Of a DNA stretch of 64,000 bases, positions 13,742 to 25,700 are shown one piece after another. Made by a program: the position numbers and the translations under genes. The first letter of the stretch is position 1; every line of letters begins with the position of its first letter. Below the pieces are notes generated by a model that was not told the DNA's origin, searched no databases, and was given only the letters and a program-made list of their open reading frames with translations. The DNA comes from Antedon mediterranea (Eukaryota > Animalia > Echinodermata): positions 19,217,648 to 19,281,647 of the forward strand of contig NC_092673.1 of the NCBI RefSeq assembly GCF_964355755.1, read 5' to 3'.

Positions 13742-15899
13742 CAGTGGGAAAGCCACTTCGCGTTTTGACCGTTATCGTGTAAAATCGACTTACTTCCGCA
13801 TTGACGATTTTGAAGCGCCACCTATCGTTGAAAACTGAAACCACGATTTTTCGTCGCCTAGCAAATAAGTGCTGTTTTATTTTAAGCTCTCATGAATATT
13901 TAAGAACCGCCCAACATTACCTATTATGGTAAAAGCATTTCCTAATAAGTATAATTGAATAACCAATCGGTTTCTTTCAAAGAAACCGAAGCTAATACAA
14001 TACATTCGGCGACTGAAGTCGGGACTCGTGAAATTTATAAATGTGGTACGATTTGACTACTGTTTTGTTGTCCATTTTCTGAATAGTCGGAGGTGCATCC
14101 CAACAAATTAAAACAATTATAATCAATTGTTTTATCAAGAATAATATTAGTTTAATCGAGTATGATATATTTCTATCCTGTTCAAAATTTGTTGGTGTAT
14201 TCTCAGGCCTCGAAAGGTAGGTACATTTTCTAGCTGTGAGCGTGGTTTCGGCAACGCGAGACACGTGTGTCAGTATAGGCGATAGCGAGACGTGTGTTGT
14301 ACTGTGTTGATGCTGATCCGATAGTCGTTAAGTTGTACTGATTACGAGTATCATTGGTCCTGGCCGGCCTAGCCTGGTGATCTGATCCCCCCAAAAAAAT
14401 ATTTTTTTCAATCAGTATTAATATATTATTTGATTTATTAGGCTCAATAGATGCCTAGCTAGGCTACTATTAGTAGGCCTAGGCCTAGATTATAAATAAT
14501 AATAGTAAATACTGTAATTTAATTAATAAAATACAGCTTCCATTTGCCTTACTTTTATGTCCTCATGTAATATTATAATTATATATACAACCAGACATTA
14601 ACATTTTTTAAAATAATATTTATTATTTTTTCTGACACTTTCAGGAATCGTTGATGATGCAGAGTTCTTTTTCTTTGTGACTTCAAACTGAGAGTGAAGT
14701 GGATAAAAAGATGACACCGGTACCTACCGACATTGTCATACCCAAACTATAATTTAATTATTTAAAACAAAATGTTGAATTACAAAAATGTATGTTGCAG
14801 AGGATTTAGATGAATATTACAATACAAATATTTATGTTGAATGCAAACCTACTACACTATACTCTGTAAATTATGTTATTGTCATGTGGTAGACCTTAAA
14901 AATTGAATATTTATTGTATGTTAGGCCTATTTTATATTTTATTATTATTAATACTGTATTAGTTTAATATTTATACTACAATGTATTAATTTATATTATA
15001 CAGTACTAGTTTGTACATGTTTTTACCCAAAAAAAATGAATAAATAATTTGTTATTCAATCTAATTGCTTGTTTGTTCATCAATAGCAAAACAATTGTAA
15101 GCAAGTATATAACAGTTCTTGTTAGCCGCTTATTTCAGGTCATATTATTAATATTAGCTAGGCCCGACGCGCCCGATCACAACGTCACTAAGTGACTTTC
15201 CGCCCCTGGAACAATCGCTGGCTAATAGGGCTAGGCCTCGGACTTGTATAAAAGCTATTATAATAGTTATGATAAATATTCCTCAACTAAAATGTATACT
15301 GTGATAAATAAACAAGTAATAATATACGTTGTATTGGAATGTATTTATTTATATGAATTCTTATACGCGGACAATTATAAACATCGCGTATATCGTTCGC
15401 TATAAATAAATTCATAAACACGATGACGATGAGTTTACAAAATGGCGGTTTCGCTAGTTTTCGATGGAACAAATAGTGGTACCTTTAGTTTGAATAGTCG
15501 GAGCTGCATCCCAACCACCGAATTTTGTATCTTAATATCGTATTCTGTAAATTATTAATTTTTCTAACAGGGATTTTAAATTCAGGACTGTTCAATTTTT
15601 CTAAACATTTTATTTTAATGATTTTCTAGGGTACAATTTCGGAAAAAAGACATTGGTTGATTTTGCCGTTAAATTACAGATTATCGTTTTGTTCAAATAC
15701 ATTTAATTTTACATGACAATATATTAAAACCATTTATGAATTTATTTCACTAACAATATTTTTCCGATAATCAGCTAAATTTACAAATATTGTGTTTTTC
15801 CAACACCCTAAAATTTAGCAATTTTCAACTAAATTAGAAAAGTAGGGCGCCCTCTCCGAGTCGAAATTTGACACGATTTGTCGACTGGCTGTCCCACTG
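13742..15899. mobile_element. Non-autonomous TIR DNA transposon nested in the 3' region of the Gypsy element; superfamily unassigned
   Basis: Left CAGTGGGAAAGCCA and right TGGCTGTCCCACTG form a 13/14 inverted match. 4-bp flanking duplication ATAA at 13738-13741 and 15900-15903. No long ORF. Confidence 0.78.
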
Positions 15900-16077
15900 A
15901 TAATGGTGAGAATTACTCACATTTGTTAATTATTATGAGGAACCAAATAAGAACTATCTGGAACTATAGAAGCAGTAATTTAATCACGATGATTAACCTA
16001 TTTGATTAACAAAATAATTAACGAAAGTTTATTGTGCTTATTGATATAATGTTAACGTTAAAATAAGAAAGGAGGAG

Positions 16078-16257
16078 TGTAGTATATGCACGCGCACATA
16101 TAATATATGCGTACTGCGCATATGCTCTGACGAGGTTAGCCTACAAAACGTTCTATACTATACTATTGTTCATGACTACTAGTTGGTTTCATTAAATACG
16201 TTCATTATTATACTCATCTCAACGTACTTATTAATTTGTCTACGACGATACACGACA
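16078..16257 (+). repeat. 3' LTR (180 bp)
   Basis: Identical to the 5' LTR by eye except for a 5-bp tandem duplication (ctatactatact vs ctatact). Confidence 0.96.
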
Positions 16258-17038
16258 GTACACAATTGACAACTGAGTTACAGCTTCAATATGTTGACAA
16301 CTGTCTTCTACAGCATTGAGTACACAATTGACAACTGAGTTACAGCTTCAATCTGTTGACAACTGTCTACTACAGCAATGAGTACACAATTGACAACTGA
16401 GTTACAGCTTCAATCTGTTGACAACTGTCTACTACAGCAATGAGTAGAAAATTGACAACTGAGTTACAGCTTCAATATGTTGACAACTGTCTACTACAGC
16501 ATTGAGTAGACAATTGACAACTGAGTTACAGCTTCAATATGTTGACAACTGTCTACTACAGCATTGAGTACACAATTGACAACTGAGTTACAGCTTCAAT
16601 ATGTTGACAACTGTCTACTACGGCATTGAGACAACTGAGTTACAGCTTCAATATGTTGACAACTGTCTACTACGGCATTGAGACAACTGAGTTACAGCTT
16701 CAATATGTTGACAACTGTCTACTACAGCATTGAGTACACAATTGACAACTGAGTTACAGCTTCAATATGTTGACAACTGTCTACTACAGCATTGAGTACA
16801 CAATTGACAACTGAGTTACAGCTTCAATATGTTGACAACTGTCTACTACAGCATTGAGTACACAATTGACAACTGAGTTACAGCTTCAATATGTTGACAA
16901 CTGTCTACTACAGCATTGAGTACACAATTGACAACTGAGTTACAGCTTCAATATGTTGACAACTGTCTACTACAGCATAAGTACACAATTGACAACTGAG
17001 TTACAGCTTCAATATGTTGACAACTGTTTACTACAGCA
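16258..17038. repeat. 62-bp minisatellite, right arm
   Basis: Same unit as 8582-9333; resumes in register after the TSD. Confidence 0.95.
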
Positions 17039-17504
17039 TGTTAAGCTTAATAAAACTAAATATCAAACATTAGATATTATTTACATACATAATACTGGCA
17101 TTGCATTACCCACTTTATTAAACTAAAAAATTTTAATTTTAATCTTTTCATAAAATCAATAATAAAATTTGCAACGTTAAAAAACTTTAAACTGAATTTT
17201 TTTAAATTCTAATGAGAGTTCTGATTTTAAAAAGTTGATTGTATTTTACAAAAACAAATCCTGAAATCAATGTTGCAGTTTCATTTGACAAGCAATGCTG
17301 AATTCCTTGAGGGGAAAATAATTTTGATATTGACCCTTGGATTGTGATATTGACCCTTGGATTGTGATATTGACCCTTGGATGGCCATCTTTAATTTAAC
17401 ACCCTCTAAACCTCTAGTCATTCATCATTGTGAAAAAAACTCCCATTTTGTTTCACATATTTTTCATTTTACATCTATCTTTGATATTCTTTATACAAGG
17501 GCTG

Positions 17505-17770
17505 TTAACAGTGTCTTTCCTTGTGATCTATTGTTTTTGTTGGGAAATTTCCCGAATAGCGTACTGTCTGTCCGTCTGCTGCTGCGTTTGTTGACTGAGT
17601 ACGAGATTTTGTGACTTTCTTATGCACATACCAGATACAGCTACCACCAACAGTTACTAATAATCCAATACCATTGCGAATTCTTGCTGCTAAGCCGTCA
17701 TATATAATAATTAAGATGACAAAGGTTGCGAATAGAATAAACCAAATTACAGTAACTATCCACCAGTGAA
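17505..17770 (-). CDS. Candidate terminal exon encoding one strong and one weaker transmembrane segment; possible alternative 3' exon of the ROCO gene
   Basis: Acceptor ttttgattacag, phase 1: (V)HWWIVTVIWFILFATFVILIIIYDGLAARIRNGIGLLVTVGGSCIWYVHKK...HC*. The phase matches the DED exon donor. The link to the gene is inferred. Confidence 0.4.
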
Positions 17771-18654
17771 CTGTAATCAAAATGAAAATATTTCATAAAT
17801 CCTCATCTTTTTAGAAATATTCTTGAGAGCTTTCTATATTTTTTTTTATTAAAGTTCTGTAATTTAATTTATTTAAAAGTATTTTATAGGAAAATATTTT
17901 GAAACTACAGTAGTCTTTTAATAGAAAAACAGTGCATGACTTTAGAAACAAATTCAATTTTTTAAACTGTTATATACACAAGTTAAATACTATACCTTAT
18001 AACAACTTGCAAACACGTTTCCTACGTTTCTTGTGCTTTCGACTAGAATTAAAAAAGTACAATTAAATAATTAAAATTGTTGTTTCTTTCAACCTGATTG
18101 CTTTCAAATGATCGTAGTTGAACTTTTAACGATAATGCATCGAATAACATAGACTAAAACAGGCTTTAGTTGATTAGCACCTGTATTCACTTTGTGGAGA
18201 GCCACAAGACGCTTTTGGTAATCCTGCTGGCCTTTGTGGGGAGGCGGAGAGTACAGATACAGATAAACTTTATTTCATTCTTCACAGGAAATTTACATGG
18301 TCACAGTTCAAGGTGATGATATTGGAAACTTAACTAACAAAGTAAATACATCAAACAGATTATCTCTGAAAATGTTATTTATAATATCGTATCATAGTAG
18401 GGATAAATTATTTCTACAATTTTTCGTATGTGTCGGCGATGACCGGAGTAATCTCTTTTATCTTTTTTATTTTGTTTTTTTGTAATTGTATTGTTATAAA
18501 TTTTATGTGGCAAAATAAATGAAATGAAAAAGTGCCAATTTATTAACAAAAAATATATTTTGATTTTATCAAATAACAATACATATGTGGAAAATACTTA
18601 CCCACCATGATGCGTACCTGAAATAACAACAAAGCAAGCTCATTAAGTAATAGA

Positions 18655-19038
18655 TATGGTGAGAATTAATTAAACAATTAAACACCCTAACCCTTAATAA
18701 AGTATGAACACAGAAATAGATATGGTGAGAAATAATTAAACACCCTAACCCTTCACTAAGTATGAACACAGATGGTGAGAAACAATTAAACACCCTAACC
18801 CTTCACTAAGTATGAACACAGTAATAGATATGGTGAGAAATAATTAAACACCCTAACCCTTCACTAAGTATGAACACAGTAATAGATATGGTGAGAAATA
18901 ATTAAACACCCTAACCCTTCACTAAGTATGAACACAGATGGTGAGAAATAATTAAACACCCTAACCCTTCACTAAGTATGAACACAGATGGTGAGAAATA
19001 ATTAAACACCCTAACCCTTAACAAAGTATGAACACAGT
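18655..19038. repeat. 50/58-bp minisatellite
   Basis: Repeated attaaacaccctaacccttcactaagtatgaacacag...atggtgagaaata. Confidence 0.85.
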
Positions 19039-19736
19039 TAAACCTAAAACATTTAATAGTATGTTAAAATTAAATAAATTTGATTAAATAAAAAATAAAT
19101 AGTTTGGATGTTTGTTGATTAAATCAGAAAGCACAGATTTCATTTAATTTATTAAAAATGTTACTCTGTTGGCCTTATCAAATGTTATACAAAAGATATA
19201 ATGATATCAAATTTACAAGGAATAATATAAAAGACAGCATCTGTTTATATTTATATATAATATTATACATGGCTTCCCAATATACAAGTTTTCAATTGGA
19301 TTATATTTTTTTGCAATTGATTCATACTTCTTTTTTTTTGGCCCTCTCATTTTTTTATATAATTTAATCATCTTTTTATACATTATGATTTATTAAAATT
19401 CTCAAAATGAAAATCTCAGAATTTATAATGTATTAATGTTAATTTGAAAATGAAAGAAATAAATGTTTTGAATTGAATTGAATCTCACAATTAAAATTAA
19501 TATTTAATTGATCTATATAAAAAACAACTACTATACTAATTTCAAATTGCCAATTAATACACTATTATTTCTATTTTAAATTTTATTATAAACGTTACTC
19601 AAAACTATTAAAAATTAATATAAACTGTTACACAACAGTGAAATATTTTTGTGATAAAGTTTTTGGAAAGTTCAAATATCTAAGCTAATATTGTGTAAAC
19701 CACAGAGTGGAACGAATGTTTAAGCAACAAACAGGA

Positions 19737-22700
19737 TTAATCTATAATGTGTTGTTTCACAGGTCTACCTGAAAAAGAAATGAACAAAATAGATTTGGAG
19801 AAAGTCAAAGAAAAACTTTAACTTCAAGTTATTTTAAGGTTGCCTAATAAATACAGATTTTAACTGCATAAACAACTACATTCACTTAACATTGAAAGGT
19901 AATAATCACCTGAAGACACACCTGCATCAGAAGATGCACCTGCACCTAAAGACACACCTGCACCAGAAGACACACCTGCATCAGAAGACACATCTGCACC
20001 AGAAGACACACCTGCACCAGAAGATGCGCCAGCATCAGAAGACACATCTGCACCAGAAAATGCGCCCGCACCAGACGACACACCTGCACCAGAAGACACA
20101 CTTGCACCAGAAGATGTGCCTGCAACAGAAGACACACCTGCACCAGAAGATGCGCCTGCAACAGAAGACACACCTGCACCAGAAGACACACCTGTATCAG
20201 AAGACACACCTGCACCAGAAGACACACCTGCATCAGAAGACACACCTGCACCAGAAGATGCGTCTGCACCAGAAGACCCAGATGTGCCAGTACCAAAAGA
20301 CACACTTGCACCAGAAGACCCAGAAGTGCCAGTACCAAAAGACATGCCTGTACCAGAAGACATATATACTTATTTAGAATACATATAATTATGTAGAATA
20401 TGACTACTGGATGACTTCTGGATTTTTCAATCCACCTACAGTAGGATGGATGATGATTAAAAGAAGTGTTTCAGTAAGCTAATTGTCATTGAAACAAACT
20501 CTTAATTAGGAAATGTAAATAAACTGGGATAGGCAGAAGTGTTGATCTCTATATTTTTACAACATAATCTAAACTTAAGTTTATAATGGTTTAAGTGTCC
20601 GGCTGCATAAATTGGCACTGAGGTGGTGATGGGTACGCTGTCAACCTGTGGCTTTCTTATAAAACTTAATGATCCTCTTGCAATAGTAAAGGTTTGAACC
20701 AGCATCAGAGTAGATACTAATTTGACCCTGAAATGGTATGCTGGACCTTATAGGAATTAAGAGTCATTCACAAATTTAAAATGCAGATTATTATTATGTT
20801 CCAAAGGTTTGGGTCAATCTGATTTATAGGGATAATATCATGGAAAACAAACATACTTTTCATTTCAGCTCATTTTCAATTGGACTCATTGAGCATATTA
20901 TTGTTATTTTACTAACTTGTCATTCAATTCAGCTTAATTTCCATTTAACCGAATGTTGGTTGATATCCTTAATCCACTATAATAGCAGACAAACAGGGAC
21001 ATCATAATAATTTGAATCTGCCTAAAATGTTTAATTTGTTACAGTACTTTTACTTGATTGAAGTGTACTACAGTATGTACTGAATATGTTTTAACAATGA
21101 ACCATGATTTAAACAACAAATACAAACAAAAGCCAACCAACCATCAAAGAAAATCTTGGTGACCCACATCATTCCATTTCTTTCTAAAACATCAAGAAAT
21201 TTGATCATTTTTGTGAAATCCTCATCAATGATCCCTTTGTGTTCAAAGTCCATAATCAAACTCCAGCTGTTTGAATATCTCTTTACAAATTGTTTGTTGT
21301 AGAGGAAATCAAGTTTTGATACTTCATCCTCATTAAGTTCTTCTCCCAGCTGATAAATATTCTGTCTGAAAGGTGTCAACATCGATGATACCACATGCTC
21401 CTTAATGTTTTCTGGAGGTTGATTCTCAACATTTGACTTAAAGCCAAACTGCTGGGTTACCTTTACTGTGTCATACAGAAGAGTAAGATTTGATGGACTC
21501 AAACTTCCAGAGGCTGTTAAATCATGTAGTAGATCCCAAACACTATTAGCTCTCTCCACCTCCACTCTAGATTTCTTCAGATGGTCTTTGTATAAAAGTT
21601 TCAATTTCTTGAGATATCCAAGTCGATCATACCACTCTGCTGTATCAGTCAACAGTTGCCAGAAATCCTCATCTGAGATGTCTATAATGCAAAGACATAC
21701 AACCATTATAATTCAGGTTTTAAAAACATGCACAAAAATGTCAGTAGCTTCATCTATATTAATAGTAGAAAGTAGAATGAAAGAAATAACAATTTCTAAA
21801 AAGATCTTTAAGAAAACAGATATTATTAAAGATATTTAGTCTGAAAAACAATGTATAAACATTTTTTTTGTGTCATTTTAATGTCACATATAGCTATTCA
21901 CTTTGAGTTTGATCAAAAATTGGATTGAAAACCACATAATTTATACCTGAATAAAAATAGTAAAATTGTGGGTTTTTGGTTGAATTTACGAAAGACAGAC
22001 CATAGACCATTTCTTTTGTAGCTCCGTGTTTATAACAGTTTGTTTTTGTTTATCATTATTCTAAACTAATGACAATGGCTGGTGATTATTTGGGAAATTG
22101 ATCTTTGAACCATTTACCTAAACCCAGTTAATATTTGAATATTATTCGATAAGAATAAAACAATTGATGACCATTTTGGCACACATAATTAATGTCTACT
22201 TTACCTTGGTTTGATTCTTCTTTCTTTGGAGGTTTTCTTCCATCTTGAAAAGTAGTAGATATATGAAAAATTGTAAACAACAATAACCTTTTTTTTAAAT
22301 TGTAAACAAGTTTAAAATTACTAGCTCAGGTTCACTATTTAAGATTTTACACTGTCGTGATATTATTGTTTTTTTACCATTTTATCTTTATTATTGTCAG
22401 CGCATGATTTATAATTGATGAGTTCAGTTCTTTTCTGAAAGTCACTGCTTTTAGCCATTATTTACTTTGATTTCACCATAAACAATTCATGCACTTTCAG
22501 ATCGATGTGCCAAGAGCAACTGAGTAGCTTGTTTTTATATCAGCAATGACATTTACAATAGATACAGTAAAAACATGAAGTAATTGGTAAATATCTTGAA
22601 ATAAGGTCAAAATTATTCAAGCTTCACTGGAGTTAGCTCCATGGGGCTAGTTAAGGTGGAGTATGCACGCCATACGTGTGAAGAGGCCCTAATTATTTAT

Positions 22701-25700
22701 TGCTACTGCTGAATCTCTTCCTAACCTTATGTCTCTGTTATTATTCTTACCTCCTAATAGCCGCTTGTAACGTGTAACATCCATCGTAAAAAAAACGCCA
22801 GTTTTGGAGCATGTCAACTTCTCATGCTGGAAATCTTGAAGATTTTGAAAGTGTTTCTTTTCTGATGTATTACTACATACGTCACAAAGTATGCATCTCT
22901 CAACTTTAATCCCTCTTCTACCACCATCTTTAGAAGATTCAAATGACTTCTGGATGGTTAACAAAACCTAAAGATACAAATTGAACGTTGATTTCCAACA
23001 ACAAACAGTTAACTGCAATTGACCAATATAACACAATATAGCAACTTTTGAATCAGCAACACACATTTTGAAAATGTTGTGTTTGTTAACACTTTCAATA
23101 TAACAACAGTTATGCCTACAAGAGGGAAAAGAAAACAATAAATAAAATAAAAATCAAAATCAAAATTGTACATATACAATCTTTACCAAAGATCTGACAC
23201 CATTAACTATTTATCCAATATTGCTGTGCTATTGATCTGCATCTATATTGCAACGAAAAGTAAATTACAACTAGTTTAACAACTGTACTCATACTTTAAA
23301 TTGATATGATATTAAGATTATATCATTATAATTTTTTAAGATCTAGAATAAGATGGAGACATAAATCAAACATTATTATTTAATATTATAATTATTAAAA
23401 ATATTAACTACAATTATACATAAAGTTTAGTTCTATAAGTGGTAGATTTTTATTTTAGCAATAGTCAGCTGTTTTTCATAAAAAAATAACAAACCTCTGT
23501 ACATGCTTCAGAAGAGGGTTCCTCATTACTTGTTTTATTAGGAACATTTGTTCTTTTAATAGTCACCTGAAAAAAAAAAGTTTTCATGTTTTAATATCTG
23601 AATTTGAGTTTATCCTTAAGTTAGATTATGACTTAATCACAAGAAAATATATGATACAGTACCTTTAACAAGAATTTTCTTTCATCCTCCGTAGTCACAA
23701 ATTTGACAAGAGATAAGGTCACATGATGATCTTGGTCGAAGTAAAGTTCAGCATGGTTATACAGGAGTATTGGGTCAACTCCTTTCTTTTGAAATTTGTT
23801 GAGGAAATCAATAATCATATATGGAAACAATACATCTGGCAGATATCCCTTAAAGTCGTAATAGATACTGATAGATTGTGAATCATCAGGCACTGGCTTC
23901 ACTTCACTTGACGTCTTGAAAGCAAGGCGTAGTGGCACAAAGAATGAGCGCTTTCCAACAGATTCCTGAAATTGTTGATTTGTAAAATTGCATTCAGATT
24001 TCTTTTAGAAAATTAAATATCATATCCTGTACATGTTAAAAACATCTTTCAGTAGATAGTTTAATCAAAATATGTCATAACCCTACAAATATTTTGAAAT
24101 TTTATGTAAAATTTCACCAATTATTATTATCATACCAAAACAATTTTTGTTTACATAATCTTGCATACAAAACATGTTAGAAAAGATAACTGAATAAAAC
24201 CTACTGTAGATGTACTTGCCACATCTTGGCTGCTGATTGTCTTCCTCTCACAAATGAAACCTAATTGAATCATCAGTGCTACAAGGAACTTAAAATTCTT
24301 TCCATCGTCAACTTTACGCTCTTTCCATAATTTTCGCAACAACTTTTCTTCCAGTATGCCATTGTCAAGCTTACCAAACGCATCAATATACGTGGCTGGC
24401 TAAAAAACACCACCAATTAGCCATACTTAGTATTTTGTGTTTATTAAGTTATCAAACAATTTAGAGTCTAAAGGGATGCACATGTATTAAGACTTGTAGA
24501 TGCAATGACATGGCTTACATCTAATATACAATATACCCCTCAATGTTAAATTAAGGAAACTGTCAGACATTGCTTTTGATACTACAGCACCTATAGGAAT
24601 TCAAATGTACACAACACTGCATTAACAATTTCATGAGACTACTTACTGGCAATTCTGGTGGAATGACCGTTACAAAAGCAGTAACAATTTCAACCAGCTG
24701 CATCGGATCTAACACCGCCTTATCTTTCAATAATTTGTTGTCAGGCCTGTAAACAATTTCACCAAGATCGTACAAAAAGTTAAGAAGAAAGGATTGTTGT
24801 CTTTCGTCTGCAATACCATTCTTACTTGCCAGCATTTTGAGCTAAAGAAAAAATTGTTTACTATTCAGATACAACTAAAATATCAAAAATATGAAACCAA
24901 AGGTAGGTATACATTTACATCATTAGTTTTGTCCTTTACCGCCTGTAATGTTTTAAAATTTACTTGATAACATTTACTGCATAACTTTGGATCTGAAGGA
25001 AAACGTCACTCTCAGGATGGGGGAAACGTAACTGCGATTTTTCACACAGAATGCATTGTCAATGTTGCAATGCAAATATTCCATAAAAAATACTAGGCCG
25101 ATGTAATTTTTTCAGATAGGAAACCATAACAGCATGAATAGATTATATTATTTTACATTATATCATATTAACATTATTTTACCATTCAGATTTAGAGCAG
25201 TGAAATATGACAAAAATATCAATATTATTATATAGTACTGTAGTTATATATAATAGTGGGTAGATTCTTTTGTTTATACTTTTTTAAATACTATATTTCC
25301 AACATATTTCTATTCTGAAAACAAAACACTGAGGAATGATGCCAATTAAATTTACCTCTTCAACTGGACACAAAGAAAAATGTTTTTTTCTCCTTAGATC
25401 ATGTAGATCACATCGAAAACGCATCCACTTTAAAGGAACTTCTTTCTCTAAAGCTTTCATAAGGTCATCAATAACTTGTTTGAGATCACTAATGCTCTTA
25501 TCTGTCGTTTCTTGGCTGTTTTCAACGGCAAAATATACGTTGTACACATGTTTTATAAACTCTTTCTGTTTAAGTGCATCTCGAATCATTTTAAAGGCCT
25601 TCTTTGTCTGGTTGTAAACAATTTAAATAAATGAAAACATGAGGTAAAAACTGTCATTTCTTTTAAATAATATCTAAATACTTCAAGTCCTATTAGAGTA

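Larger units (their letters stand above)
9334..16257 (+). mobile_element. Full-length Ty3/Gypsy LTR retrotransposon, Mag-like
   Basis: TG...CA LTRs at 9334-9508 and 16078-16257. 5-bp TSD GTACA at 9329-9333 and 16258-16262. PBS at 9510-9522, PPT aagaaaggaggag at 16065-16077. Domain order gag-PR-RT-RH-IN. Confidence 0.97.

Noticed and set aside
9637-13844. Short antisense and overlapping ORFs within the Gypsy element
   Set aside because: Shadow frames of gag-pol with no independent motifs.
8582-17038. CRISPR-like appearance of the regular arrays (also 50809-56188 and 60589-63424)
   Set aside because: Units are contiguous with no unique spacers, there are no cas genes, and the context is eukaryotic.
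18680-19020. Telomere-like ccctaaccct motif
   Set aside because: Only about 1.5 hexamers per unit of a longer minisatellite, not an interstitial telomere tract.
19892-20388. Plus-strand ORFs (HQKTHL)n and (PEDTPA)n, and the minus-strand (LLVQVC)n frame
   Set aside because: Alternative frames of the 18-bp repeat; only the SSGAGV frame fits the host gene's splice phases.
20502-20727. Exon-like segment after the DED exon
   Set aside because: The acceptor at 20728 gives GSN* in the required phase and no domain is recognisable. It may be a short alternative end or decayed sequence.
22378-22552. Possible extra exon between COR and DED
   Set aside because: No clear AG acceptor, and the frame I translated contains several stops.
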